From assembly GCA_010093815.1 (NCBI GenBank), contig ML996588.1: a DNA stretch of 64,000 nt; one strand, written 5' to 3'. Positions 52,853-64,000 of the stretch are shown here, piece after piece. Made by a program: the position numbers and the translations under genes. The notes beneath the pieces are model-generated. The model did not search any database, was not told the DNA's origin, and worked only from the letters and a program-made list of their open reading frames with translations. Positions within the stretch are counted from its first letter, which is position 1, and each line of letters opens with the position of its first letter. Source of the stretch: Pseudovirgaria hyperparasitica. Lineage: Eukaryota.

Positions 52853-55800
52853 CACTAAATAGGGTCCGGTAAACCTACTAATAAAGGGGATAGAATATAT
52901 TTTTATACGGATATAGAAATAAGTTATATAGAGTTGCTTTCCGAGAAAATCCGGCCTAAAAATGTTACTCGGTTATCGAGAAAAGATAACTTAGCTACCC
53001 TAGTTACGGTAGTAAGGTACGCTACCTTCGTATATAAATAAGGCACGATAATAGAACAGCTTATAGTAGGCTCCACCGGCCTCTAAAGACGGTATTTATC
53101 CGGGGTATTAAAGGGATTTAGTATGGCTACTATATATAAAAGAAAGGGAGTTAAAGTACACCCCGTGGATGACTCCGAAGCCCACCGAAAGGTCCCTAGA
53201 AATCCATTAGGGTATCTAGACTAGCGTGAACGAGCAATCGTACGGTAGGCACTTCTTCCGGCCGTCTACCTAGGCCTTAACGCGTTTAATAGGCTAATAG
53301 AGCCTTAAAGAGTAACTATCCCGCTAGGAACACGTCTAACGCCTCTACGTATAAGTTAGCTAAAGATTAGAATAGAGCTACGTCCCGCGGAACTTAAGTT
53401 ACTATATACAATCTTATTATATCGCGAGGAAGTACTAGCATAGGAATTCTTATACCTTAGTAAATTTAACGAAGAGATGGCACCTCCGTAGGAGATCCGA
53501 ACGGTAGAATATAAGGTATAGTAGGCTAAGAACTTTAATATTCCTAGAGCCCTTTATAGGAAGGTACTCACGATCCTAAAAGAGCGTCTTAATAGCGGAA
53601 GGCTCGAGCCCTATAGTAGTCCTTATCGAAACGCCTATTTTCTTATGGAAAAGAAGAAGGAAGCTAATAAGGAACGAGATTATAGGTTAATTAATTCGGC
53701 GATAGAAATCAACCGAGTTACTATTCGTGATGCGGCCACGCCGCCCTCATGTAAAGAATTCTCGGAGCACTTTACGGGGATAGCCATCTTAACATTTACC
53801 GACTTCTTCTTAGAATACGATTAGATTCTATTAGTAGAGCATTACCGAGACTTAACGGGGTTTATGACGCCCCTAGAATTACTATACGGGATAATATTAC
53901 CTTAAGGGGCCACTAATTTAGTAGCTTAGTTCGTTAGAATTATATTAACTATTATATAAGAACACATCCCGGAGAGGGCTCTACTATTCCTAGATAACTT
54001 AGGTATTAAAGGACCTACGACGAAATATAACTCTAAGGAGGCCCTGCCTAGAATTTATAGGTATATCCTAGAACATTTAATTAACGTGGATAAGGTTCTC
54101 GCGGATATAGAGCGCGCCGGATACGCCTTAAGTAGTAAGAAGACTTAGTGGTGTATTAAAGCCGCTAACGTTATAGGATACGTCTACGGCATTAAAGGGA
54201 GGCGACCGAGTAATAAAAAGGTTACTACTATTAGGGACTAGAAACCCTGTAAAAACACGACGAATGTGCGAGCCTTCCTTGGCGTTTATATATATTTCCG
54301 GATATGGATCCCCGGGTACGCTGTTATCGCATCGCCGCTATTTATACTATTAAAGAATAAATCGGCCTGGTAGTAGATAGCTAAGGAGTAGACCTCGATG
54401 GACGCGCTAAAGATGGCTCTAACCACTACTCCCGCACTAATAACGTTACGGTACGGGATAGGTACGGGAGATATAATCCTAGTAGTAGACTCTAGTAACG
54501 TTAGATGGGGGGCTACGTTAATATAGGAGAACGAGGATCGTAAACGTTAGCCATCGCGGTATAATAGAGGAATGTGGTTAAAAGCTAAGAGAAACTACGA
54601 CACCGTGAAACTAGAGTACCGAGCCCTCCTCCACGCGTTATAGAAGTTCTAGTAATATCTCTATGGTATATACTTTATTATGGAAACAGACACGAATACT
54701 CTAGTCGCTTAAATTAACCGTACCGTAACTAACTTACTAGGGGCGCTCGTTACTAGGTGGCTCGTGTAGATTCAGCTATAGAACTTTATAGTTAGGTATA
54801 TACCTAGGAAGCGTAACGTAGTCGCCGACGGTATCTTACGGATGCACGAAGGAGAAGAACTACCAGACGTCCCTACCTTTAACCTAGACGAGTTCGTGGA
54901 TATGGCTCTATATATAGACATGCTAGAGACGTCGTTAATTAAGCCCATTAGCGGGAGAGATTACATGATAGGGACACTCGACTATGCCGCCATTAAGTCT
55001 CCCTTAATAGATGAATATAGTAATAAATGGTAGAGGATTACGAAGTATCTTACTATACTTAAGAGGCTAACCGACCTAACCGACCGAGCGTATAAGGCCT
55101 TTATAACCGACTACCTAAAGTTCCTCGTGCGTGACCGAATACTCTAGCGGAGAGGAGATAGGCATCGCTAACATACACGAGTAATTAAGGATCCGAATAC
55201 TAGGGCGTGTATAATTACTACCACTTATAACGAGATAGATTATAGAGGTAGTAAAGGGACCCTCGGAAGGATTAAGGATAAGTATTAGTAGGTAGGTATA
55301 TATAGAGACGTACGATAGCACGTGAAAACCTATAACGAATATTAACGACGAAGTAAGCTCCTCGGAGGTCTTAATAAAGGGCTCTACCACGTTATAACGC
55401 CTATTCTTTAGTAAAGAATGTACTTGGACGTAACGATACTACCACCTTCCATAGGGTATAGTAAAGTGGTATCTATACGAGAATAGCTAAGCGGATAGAC
55501 TAAGGCGGAGGCATGTACGGCGGCCACGTCCATAGTCGTCGTAAAGTTCCTCTTTAAGAACGTGATCTATAGATATAGAATTATTCCTAAAATTACCTAT
55601 AACGGTAGTAGAGAAAATATAGGTGCTATAGAGGAGCTCCTCCGACTCTATAGAATTTATTAGAAGGTTACGTCTACGTATAATCCCCGAGTAAATAGAA
55701 TTATTAAGAGAAGTTTTATACTACTCGCTAATGCTCTCGCGAAGATAACTAATGGCGGATTTAAGAACTAGCCTAACTACCTCTATACGGTCGTCTAGGT

Positions 55801-56815
55801 AGATAGAATAACGACACGTACTAGTATAGGGTATAGTACCGTATACCTCGTGCTCAGCCATAAACCAATCATGCCTATTAAAGTCGAATTCGAGTCGCTC
55901 TAAATGCTCCCTTAGGACGAGGTGCGATTAATATCTAACTTACTCGCTCTTCGAGCTAGATAACTTAAGAGAAGATCCGAGGATCTTAAGGAGGCCCATG
56001 CCTACGCGACACGAACGCGTAAGGAATTAAGAGAGGCATGGAATAACGACCATTACCTTTGTTAAGAGTCGTTACCAGTTAACACGATTATCCTCCTATA
56101 CGACTCGTAGCGATAGAAGGATATAGGGCGAAAGCTAAGGTGGTATTAGAGGGGGCTATATAGAATCTAGTCTGTGTTTAATTATACTTATAAGCTCACG
56201 GAGCTTAATAGAGCCATGCTTAGAGGGACGTTTCCTAGCCATAGGTTAAAGAAATATTTTATGAGAAATATAAGTAACGAGAGTCACGACGAGCCCTCGC
56301 GACCACCGATCGGAAGAATTACCGAGGAAAATAAGGAGAGTAGTAATAAGGAAAACTATTATAAATAACTTACGGAACACCTCGACGACGCCACACGAAC
56401 CCGGGTAGAAGTGGTGATTCCTACTCCGTAAGACTTTAATAGAGAGGAATATTTACGTTTCCCTAGAATCGACATCTCCTTCTAGGGGACAGAAGTTTTT
56501 TAAGGAGGGAAGGGATGCTTATAAAAGTAGTCTTATAATGATAAACTCTATCATCGAAAGAGGATAATGAACCCTATCATTACTATAAAATAATAAAACC
56601 CATTATTAAAGTAAGCAATGCTTAAAAGAAGACATAATGGCGTTTACGCGAAATTCCACCTACTATACATTGAAACCGGTCGTGTAATCGAAGCCTACCC
56701 ATCGAAGGCCTATTTCGTTACTATAGAACGGGCCCCGTTAGGAACTAATAAGGAAGAAAAGAAGGAGGAGGTATAAGAGAAAAAGATACTTATAGGAAGT
56801 CTTATGGGGATAAGA

Positions 56816-56918
56816 ATATACCCGGTATCTATTTATTTATAGATTCCGCCATATACCCGGTAGACACATTTATTTATAGATTTCCTATATACCTAGTATA
56901 TATTCATTCATAGATTCG
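56816..56918. repeat. Three ~35-bp tandem repeats between pol and the extra ORF of C
   Basis: ATATACCCGGTA...ATTTATTTATAGATT x3. Confidence 0.8.
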
Positions 56919-57139
56919 ACACGTATACGGGCCTACGGCCGTTAGTAAGGATCATTTATAAAAATTACTATATACCCGGCATTCGAGGAGGCATAAAAAG
57001 AGAACTTAAGATAGTATATAACTCTTCCCTCTTACACCTCTCTATACCTTCTTAATTAATAAAACCTCCTCCTCTACTTCCGCCTTACTTAAACTATCTC
57101 TTCTTAGAACGTAACTCGCTAATAGAACTAATAATAATA

Positions 57140-60067
57140 ATGGCCCCGCTAAAGAAGAAAACGCCTACCCGTAAAGAGTTATAAGATCGTTAAGTACTAA
57201 TAAGATAGACGCGGTCCTAGTTAAGAGTCGTGAGTGCTAAAGTAGGGCTATCGACGGCTATCGTGGTATTGAGGCCATCTACTACTCCGTACGGACAGGC
57301 TATAGAAGCTACGGAAATAAATAAGTCCACTATTAACCGAATCATCGCTATCTAGGACCCGCAAGAGCGATAGGACTATATTCTAGATACGTTTAATAAT
57401 CTCCTTCATATTACTAGCCTCATAGAATAGCTCTTAAGTAGTATAGTCGACCTCTTCTAGGAAGTAGGAGCCGTAATAGGGTATAGTAAGGTAAAGATTA
57501 ACTCCTCTATTCCGAAAGAAGTCCACGAGATAATTCGTCATGGAAGAGACACTAACTCCCGCATTCTAAAAGCCAAAAATGCGATCCTATAAAACTAGCG
57601 AAAAGACCTCTCTAATAATAACGGCTAGTTACTCTAATCCGCCCTCGGATAGCTCTAGTAAACATAGAACTTTATGGAAAAGCTAGTAGCGCTCTTACGA
57701 GTACGAACATGGGCGAGAGCGAGGAACTAGTTAAACGCATCCCTATGGTCCCGAATCGGCTAGGGATAGAAGGGAAGAGGAATTAAGGCATATCTTTAGA
57801 GCTCTAATATTAATACCGCCCTAGCTAGTAATAGTAACGAGGACGGCCTATCTCTCTAGTAACTCTCGAACTACCCTAGCCGATAAAATGAACTAACGTT
57901 CCATAATAAGACGGGACTTATTATCCCCGCTAGTTAATAGTCACGGATAAGTAGAATAGTTTATAGGCCCGTCGAATACTACCTGTAAATTAAAGAGATA
58001 AGTATATCGCCTCCGCCTTAGACCTTACCGTCGCTAAAACTAGCGTAGGTAACACCCGCGGTAAAGTCCCCTCTATAAAGTACGCCTCCTGGTTTAGTAG
58101 TACGTTATCTCTTCGAAGCTAGTCATCCGTTCGAAGTAAGTATTCCTTCTACCACCACTAGTAAACGTCCCTTACCGGGCCATGTGAGAACGTCTTTAGT
58201 GCCCGTCACGGCCACGCCGATAAAACCCACTCGTGGGCGTGCCTTATCTACCGGCCCTTAGTAATTACTAGGGGCGCCTACACGGTAATCCCCGGTTATT
58301 CTTAGTTCGCACCCTAAGACGATAGCATCGGTCGAGAAAGAGGACGAGCCTAAGAAGTATTAATGCGCGCCTTTAGTGACGAAGACTTTTAAGGCAGCTA
58401 TATTATTAAAGAAGAATTTCACGAGCATTAAGGGAATGGCCCTACTAGTACGCTAGAAAGCGTAGATAGGTAACATGGCTATTCCGTATAAAGTCTACTA
58501 TAAGCATTACTAAGACGTGGCTAGAAAGAATGATATACTCGTTAGCGTGTCCTACTTGAACCTAGTAGCGAGACTTAAAATAGTATATAAGTTTAGAGAT
58601 AACGTGGGGGCCCTTAAAGTTTATAAGGACCGCTATACCTGGTTCGCGAAGTACACGCGGCCACCTTATCCGATAGAGGCATTAGATATCTATTATTACT
58701 AGGCCCTAGAGACCCCGAAGTAAGTTATTAATATTAAAACCATCCTTACTAGTATTATATTTATGATTTAGAAGGAGGATAGTAGAATAGGTAGGTAACT
58801 CTTCGACGAGTGGGAACGTACTAGAAGTATTAACATTAAAGGGCTCTTTAAGCTACTTAAAAAGACGACCTCTATACTTAATAAGAGTATCCTAGAACTC
58901 GCGAGGGATGAATTTAATATATATAAGTACCACCAGCGCATGTTTAATAAGAAATCGAACTATGGCTGGCTACGAACTACATACTACTCCTATATCTAAT
59001 AGTTTATTAGGTAATGCCTACTTTACTAGCTCACCTATATCGCTCTTCGGCCCGATCTTAACTACTATCTAATCTCGTACCCGTACTATACGAAGTCCTA
59101 GGATAGGGGCGATAAGACGGGTTTTAAGCATCTCGATAACGCCATTAATCGAATCCTCGATCCTAGTAATAGACACGGGTTTAATATAATCTAGGGGAGT
59201 ATTAGTCTCGACGACGAACGAAGTAACGACTACACTATAATCGTTCCCCGCTCCTATAAGTTCTTAAATGAATGGTAGTTAAAGGCTAAGCTCCGCGAGG
59301 GGGTTAATCGAAACGGTATAATCACGGCTATTAACGATAAGATCTATAATACGGACGATAGGAAACGATTTAGTCCCTTCGTCCCGGTCCCCTACTAGTC
59401 CCTTAAAGTATATATCTCTAGCCTACTAATAATACACGGCGCCTAGGGTCCCGTAAAGGGTGGAAGACGTACGATGCTTCCATGGTATATCGCGATTGGC
59501 CCTAATCACATAATAATAGAAGTGCCTAAAATGGGCATATAGGAATAACTCGCAGTAGCTCATAGGAATTTAACTCCGGGACCCACGTCTCCGTCGGGAT
59601 TTTCTAATAAATACGGCGCGATTCCTTTTGCCTTCCTAGCCGCAGTTTAACTCCCGAGTTTTAACGCCGTTAGTAACGTATTAGTCGGCCGTAAAAGATA
59701 GGATAGCTAGAAGGTAAAAGAAGAGGTAGCTGCGTGGCTTAACGCAAGTCCTTAATAACTTAAAGCCAAGGTAGACGCCTGGTTTAAGGAGGGCTCGAGG
59801 GTATTCGTGGAGACCTTTAAGAAAATAGTAAGATAGGAAAGGCTAGTCTATAGGGATAGGTCGTTCTAGAAGGAATTTAACGAGGCGCGCGCCGCTAAGC
59901 GGCCAATTAATTTTAAGAAATTCGAGCCCGACGCGGGCCTAGATAACGTCGAAGAGAACTTCTACGGATAGGAGAGGCCTAACGAACTATCCGATAAGGA
60001 GGAATCTAACCTCTCTAAGATGAGCGACACGATTCTTTAGGAGCTGGCTCGCGACCTCGAGTACTAA
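57140..60067 (+). pseudogene. Accessory ORF of element C, ~975 codons, C-terminal PhyH-like Fe(II)/2OG dioxygenase domain, RIP-inactivated
   Basis: ATG 57140 is in frame with KHLD (59126-59137), IQGSISLDDE...IVPRSHK and IHG...RRTMLPWY. Internal stops in the stretches read are TAA/TAG. End is approximate. Confidence 0.72.
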
Positions 60068-62390
60068 GATTAGGCGCCTAAAAACCTGCCTAATTATTAG
60101 TTAAGGGCTGCCCTTAACTAATAATCCGGGCTAAGGTTTACCCGCGCCGAGGGGTTTACTAGGGGCGCATTTTATTCGTATTAAGGTCTTTCTTTTAGGC
60201 GTTCTTCACACAGTTTCTTACACGGTTACTATACTACTAAGGGTAGTAGTTCTATAGGCTAGGGAGGTATATGTGGAAGGCCGTTCCTGTAGCCCTATAT
60301 ATATGTGTCCCTGGCTCGATTATATGGCTTATTATATATTTAAGGAGGGCGTTTTCCTCGGTCATTCTGCTCCACACGCTTCCCCCATTACTAATATTCG
60401 ATAATTCGACCTTTCCTTACGTTCATGGGCCTCTATAGGTATTGATTATTAGGCTTAGCTATTAATAAATTAATTAAGAGTATTATATAGACCCGTCCTA
60501 TCGTAAAAGAGAACTAATAAGAAGTCGTGCGTTCAAAGAGAACTCATAATACCTAGGAGAGATACTTGTGAGTTCGTCGCGACTACTATACTAAGAACAC
60601 AGCCATTTACAAAAAGGGACATACGTGGCGATGGCTTATCACACTATATAGAGAGGAATTAAAATATAAAGAGTAAAGCCATGGGATAGTAGTCTAATAG
60701 TTCATAGAGAGATATAGAAATGTATTTATAGAGTAATCTTACTCTTATACGAGGTTAATTCCTAACGAGTAGAAATTGGTTTATACGGTCTACTTATATA
60801 GTAACCTCGCTTAACTTAGCTAACTTAACCTAGCTCTGGCCACTACGTGGCTGCATGGATTAGAATAATCTATATAGGTCTATTATAGTTCCCGTCCTAA
60901 TAAATAGGCGTTATATTTAAGTCTATATCTTATTCTTTTCCGTGTTAAGAAGTACCGCCTTAATTATTTTAGTATCCTCTTAACGCGTTTCTACTCTAAT
61001 TTATACTCTTCTAGTACTAATCGCGGTAAGGTTACTCTTAATCGAACGTATCTAATTAACCTTATTTCTAACCCGTATAGAGTTCGTCGGTTTTACCTAG
61101 AGAGCCATATTCCTTAAGGATACGGTAGTATTTATTAGCTTTCTTCTCTAATTTATATAGATAGTTAAAACTTAATAATACTATTTCTAGTCTTTTATAG
61201 ATTAACGGAAGTAGTACTTCGCGAAACTAGAATATATAAATATTTTTCTATAGTATAGGGATATTATTCTATAGGTTTTAGAGGTATTATAGTAGTTAAG
61301 TAGGTGTCTAGTTTAGTCGTTATACTACGCTTCTTAACTTAGATAGTACCTTTCTTTTATATTCTCTATCTATTCTAAGGGTGTTTAGTATAAATATAGC
61401 TAAATATTCCTAGGTTATCGTAGATAGTAGCTATACTTCCTTCTATCTATTCTATTAATTATAGAATTATAAGCCTAGGTATCGTTCTCCGAACGAAATA
61501 TATTATACTTTAGTAGAAAAGAGTAGAGGGTTATTAAGAAAGTACTTTTTATAGTCTCTCTTCTAGTCTTTCTACTCCTTTTAGTTCTTCCCTATAAATA
61601 TAGTCGGGTCTTTAGATTTTAGTATATCTAGAGAAGAAGTAGAGTAAATTAGTAACGAAGTAGCCGGGTATATAGTAGATTATTATAACTCTAATAGTAG
61701 GTAAACTAATTCCGCCTAAATTAGTATAGGAAGTTATCTACCTACTATCGTTCGGCGTAGTTCTTTAAGAGACTTCTTAAGTTCTCGTCTCTTTATAAGA
61801 AGTTTTATATATTCTACCTATTCTTTAAGGGTTTAAATCTCTTAAGCCTAATTTACGATATATTCCTAAAGTTTAGCGATAGTTTATTATAATACCTTAT
61901 ATAGCTCCGCTATAACTCGTTATCTAGCTTTATATTATTAGAAGTTACTTAGCGTATCTACTATTTCTTCGTCTAAAATCTCCGTGATTTAGTCTAATAT
62001 TTCTACTTCTTAGTTAGAAATAGCTAGGATTAATACTAATTATAGAGGATCTCTATTATTTAATATAGTATTATTTATCTCTATAGTAGATTATATCAAC
62101 CTTCTCGGTTCTAGTTAGACTATCTTAACTATAGTACTATATAGGGAGTAATTTAAATATAAGAATAGGGTTATTAGATAGTAGTATAGTTAGATAGAAT
62201 AATAGAGTATATTCTATTATAGAACGAATTACTACCAAACCTTTTTAGTAGAAATCTAAGAGTATATATATAAAGGGACGCCGATCTATCTAGTATATAA
62301 CTATTTACCGCCCTTTACGTTACCTCCTAACCCTATTAGCTAAGGTACGTATAGATTAGGTTCTATCTAAGGCTAAGTCCTAATAGAATT

Positions 62391-63030
62391 AATATATCTT
62401 AATAATAAGGCTCTACTAAAGAAGCTTTAATTTATTAAGTACTACTATAAGGCTTAGAAATAATAGCTATAACTATCTTAGATTATAGAAGGATAGAGGG
62501 CTATAGAGCTATACCCGTTTAATTGCTTAAAAGGGATAAATAGTCCTTTTATATTACCTAATTTAGATAAGTATCTAAGGACTCTATCTCTATCTATATA
62601 GTAACGGGATCTAGCTAATATACCTCGTGGCTCTTAAAATATATACTATAGGGTAGAGGTACTCCAATCTAATAGTAAGCTATTAAATAAGACTCGAGAT
62701 CTACTATTCTTATTAGTATAGTCTATAGAACGGCTAACGGCTAATATTAGATAATTAGAGACGCGTATAGCTAAGCTTAAGGCTTAAAATAATAGTCTAG
62801 TCTAAAAGAGAAAATAGAAGAAGGTTAAAATAGACCTTAATAAGTAATTTATAAATATTATATATATAAAGAAGGCTATAGATAAGGAGAAGAAGGAGGT
62901 AGTAGTAGAGGTAGTTTAAGCTATTAAACGTGCGGAAAAGCTTAAGGAATTAGGGACTTAATTACTATAGACTAGATAGATAGCCTCTAAGAAGGTATAT
63001 AAGGCTTATTTTTATAAATTCCCTCTATTT
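62391..63030 (+). pseudogene. pogo transposase C-terminal part
   Basis: Continues after the GAATT TSD with degenerate coding sequence (W..TG..P motif near 62495, coiled-coil/basic C-terminus) up to the right TIR. Confidence 0.7.
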
Positions 63031-64000
63031 TAAGTATATAGTTATTAATATAGGCGTTTAGAGTCGTACTCAAATCACGTGGTTCATTAGTGGGTTGGCT
63101 CATTAGTGGGTACGTCAACTTATATACAAACAAACAAATAACAAGCGGCCGATATTAGCTAGCTAGCCAGTTACATACTCATCTAGCGTTCCGTAATTCT
63201 GACGCCTTGCTGCCATTCATAGTACATTCCATCCTACATTCCACTGGCATAATACCTTCCCCAGTACTTACCACGAGGTGCCCAGCTGCGGCTGTGCTTG
63301 CCGCTGTCCCGCCGTCCATACCTTCTGTAGTGACATACCTACCTACCTATCTATCCAGCTATTCCATACCGGTCTTCAGGCCGGCAGAGCCTTCCCTACC
63401 AAGCTTCAAGCTATTAGTAGCCGCCACTTGCTTCAGCCCCCTTCGGCCTCCTGCGCCACGCCACTCTGTCTCGGTCTGTCTTACCTTTTCGTCACATAAT
63501 ACGACATGCATCATCTTGTCTTAGGTAGATATATTTATATATAAGGTACTACGGCAGGCTTAATCATCACGTGCATCACTTCGTTCGAGCTTGTGAGTCT
63601 GTACTGATTCGTGGTTACTAATCCATCGTTTGGCTCGCTGACTACCCGAGTATAGGTGTGCAGTATATATATATAATTAAGGTGTCTAATTTATCTCGTT
63701 GGTATGGCTCATTCATCTTCCTTCTCCTCATACATGACATCGGTGATAGGGTGAATTCATGTCGGTGGTTTGTGGCCTTGTAACGAGTGTGAAAATGGGG
63801 GACTCTGTTTGGTGTTGATGATGGTTATCATTATTGCTGTTTTTACCCGTAACGCCTTAGCATGCTGACTATCACTATCCGCACTGCACTGACTATCGGC
63901 ACTGCACCGCAACGCTGCACATCTGCGCCGCCCGGTATATTCCATTCGTCATCTTCGTAGCAAGCTTGCCTTGGAAGCACACAGCCATGTGCTGGGGGCG

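Larger units (their letters stand above)
49230..60643 (+). mobile_element. Ty3/gypsy element C (11.4 kb, no chromodomain seen, possibly Ylt1-like) with a large extra ORF, inserted next to the 5' LTR of B
   Basis: 372-bp LTRs at 49230-49601 and 60272-60643; 4-bp TSD CTAT. Domains: gag FKGINITAFLRKYE (~50295), CITCGGDH knuckle (~51272), protease LFDSGAQVN (~52373), RT LPQGATNS/PFLDD (~53897-53998), RNase H (~54480-54830), integrase (~55420-55900). Confidence 0.92.
37958..60902 (-). mobile_element. Ty3/gypsy chromovirus family B (minus strand), RIP-mutated, inserted in gag of A1 and interrupted by element C
   Basis: 238-bp LTRs at 37958-38195 and 60665-60902; TSD AATAG. Domains: two CCHC knuckles (~47840-47990), protease LDSG (~47690), RT CIVYLDDILIFS (~46680-46715), RVETDAS (~46200), integrase, chromodomain FEVDHI..YRIHWKDY..EDTWEP (~40710-40825). 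Confidence 0.92.
22061..62385 (-). mobile_element. Ty3/gypsy chromovirus family A, copy A1 (minus strand), RIP-mutated, interrupted by A2, LINE D and element B
   Basis: 228-bp 5' LTR at 62158-62385; 3' LTR split into 22061-22252 + 30030-30065; TSD GAATT (22056-22060 / 62386-62390). Internal segments 30066-35413, 37609-37957 and 60903-62157 are the reverse complement of A2. Confidence 0.9.
20945..63120 (+). mobile_element. pogo/Fot1-like Tc1-mariner DNA transposon, RIP-mutated, split by nested insertions (own sequence 20945-22060 and 62386-63120)
   Basis: 56-bp terminal inverted repeats at 20945-21000 and 63065-63120 (AGTT(A/G)ACGTACCCACTAATGAGCCAA...), each flanked by TA. Transposase remnants are present on both sides. 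Confidence 0.92.

Noticed and set aside
20945..63120. Starship or other giant cargo transposon
   Set aside because: No tyrosine-recombinase captain or host cargo genes; the size is fully explained by nested retroelements inside a small pogo element.
63207..63945. Small ORFs right of the TE block
   Set aside because: No recognisable coding signal; looks intergenic.

Overview
Filamentous ascomycete (Pezizomycotina-type) genomic DNA in two compartments. (1) 1-20.9 kb is gene-dense and GC-balanced, with short GT-AG introns. It holds a GMC oxidoreductase 3' end, TRAX, GPI14/PIG-M, an S10 serine carboxypeptidase, a TUM1-type sulfurtransferase, APC11 (4 exons, missed by the ORF track), an Atg31-like protein, the complex I 78 kDa subunit and a DUF3405 protein. 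(2) 20945-63120 is a 42 kb AT-rich, RIP-mutated transposon nest that can be resolved by target-site duplications (TSDs). A pogo/Fot1 DNA transposon contains chromovirus A1. A1 contains an inverted copy of itself (A2) in its own LTR, a 5'-truncated Tad1-like LINE and chromovirus B. B contains a third Ty3/gypsy element, C. Three solo LTRs are also present. Most notable: element C carries a ~975-codon extra ORF whose RIP-corrected sequence has the HxD...H...R signature of a PhyH-like Fe(II)/2-oxoglutarate dioxygenase. A and B carry antisense, apparently intron-containing Cys-cluster genes. A 33-bp palindrome recurs in C and in the unrelated LINE. Proteins in the nest were read by mentally reversing RIP (C>T/G>A) and are inferences.
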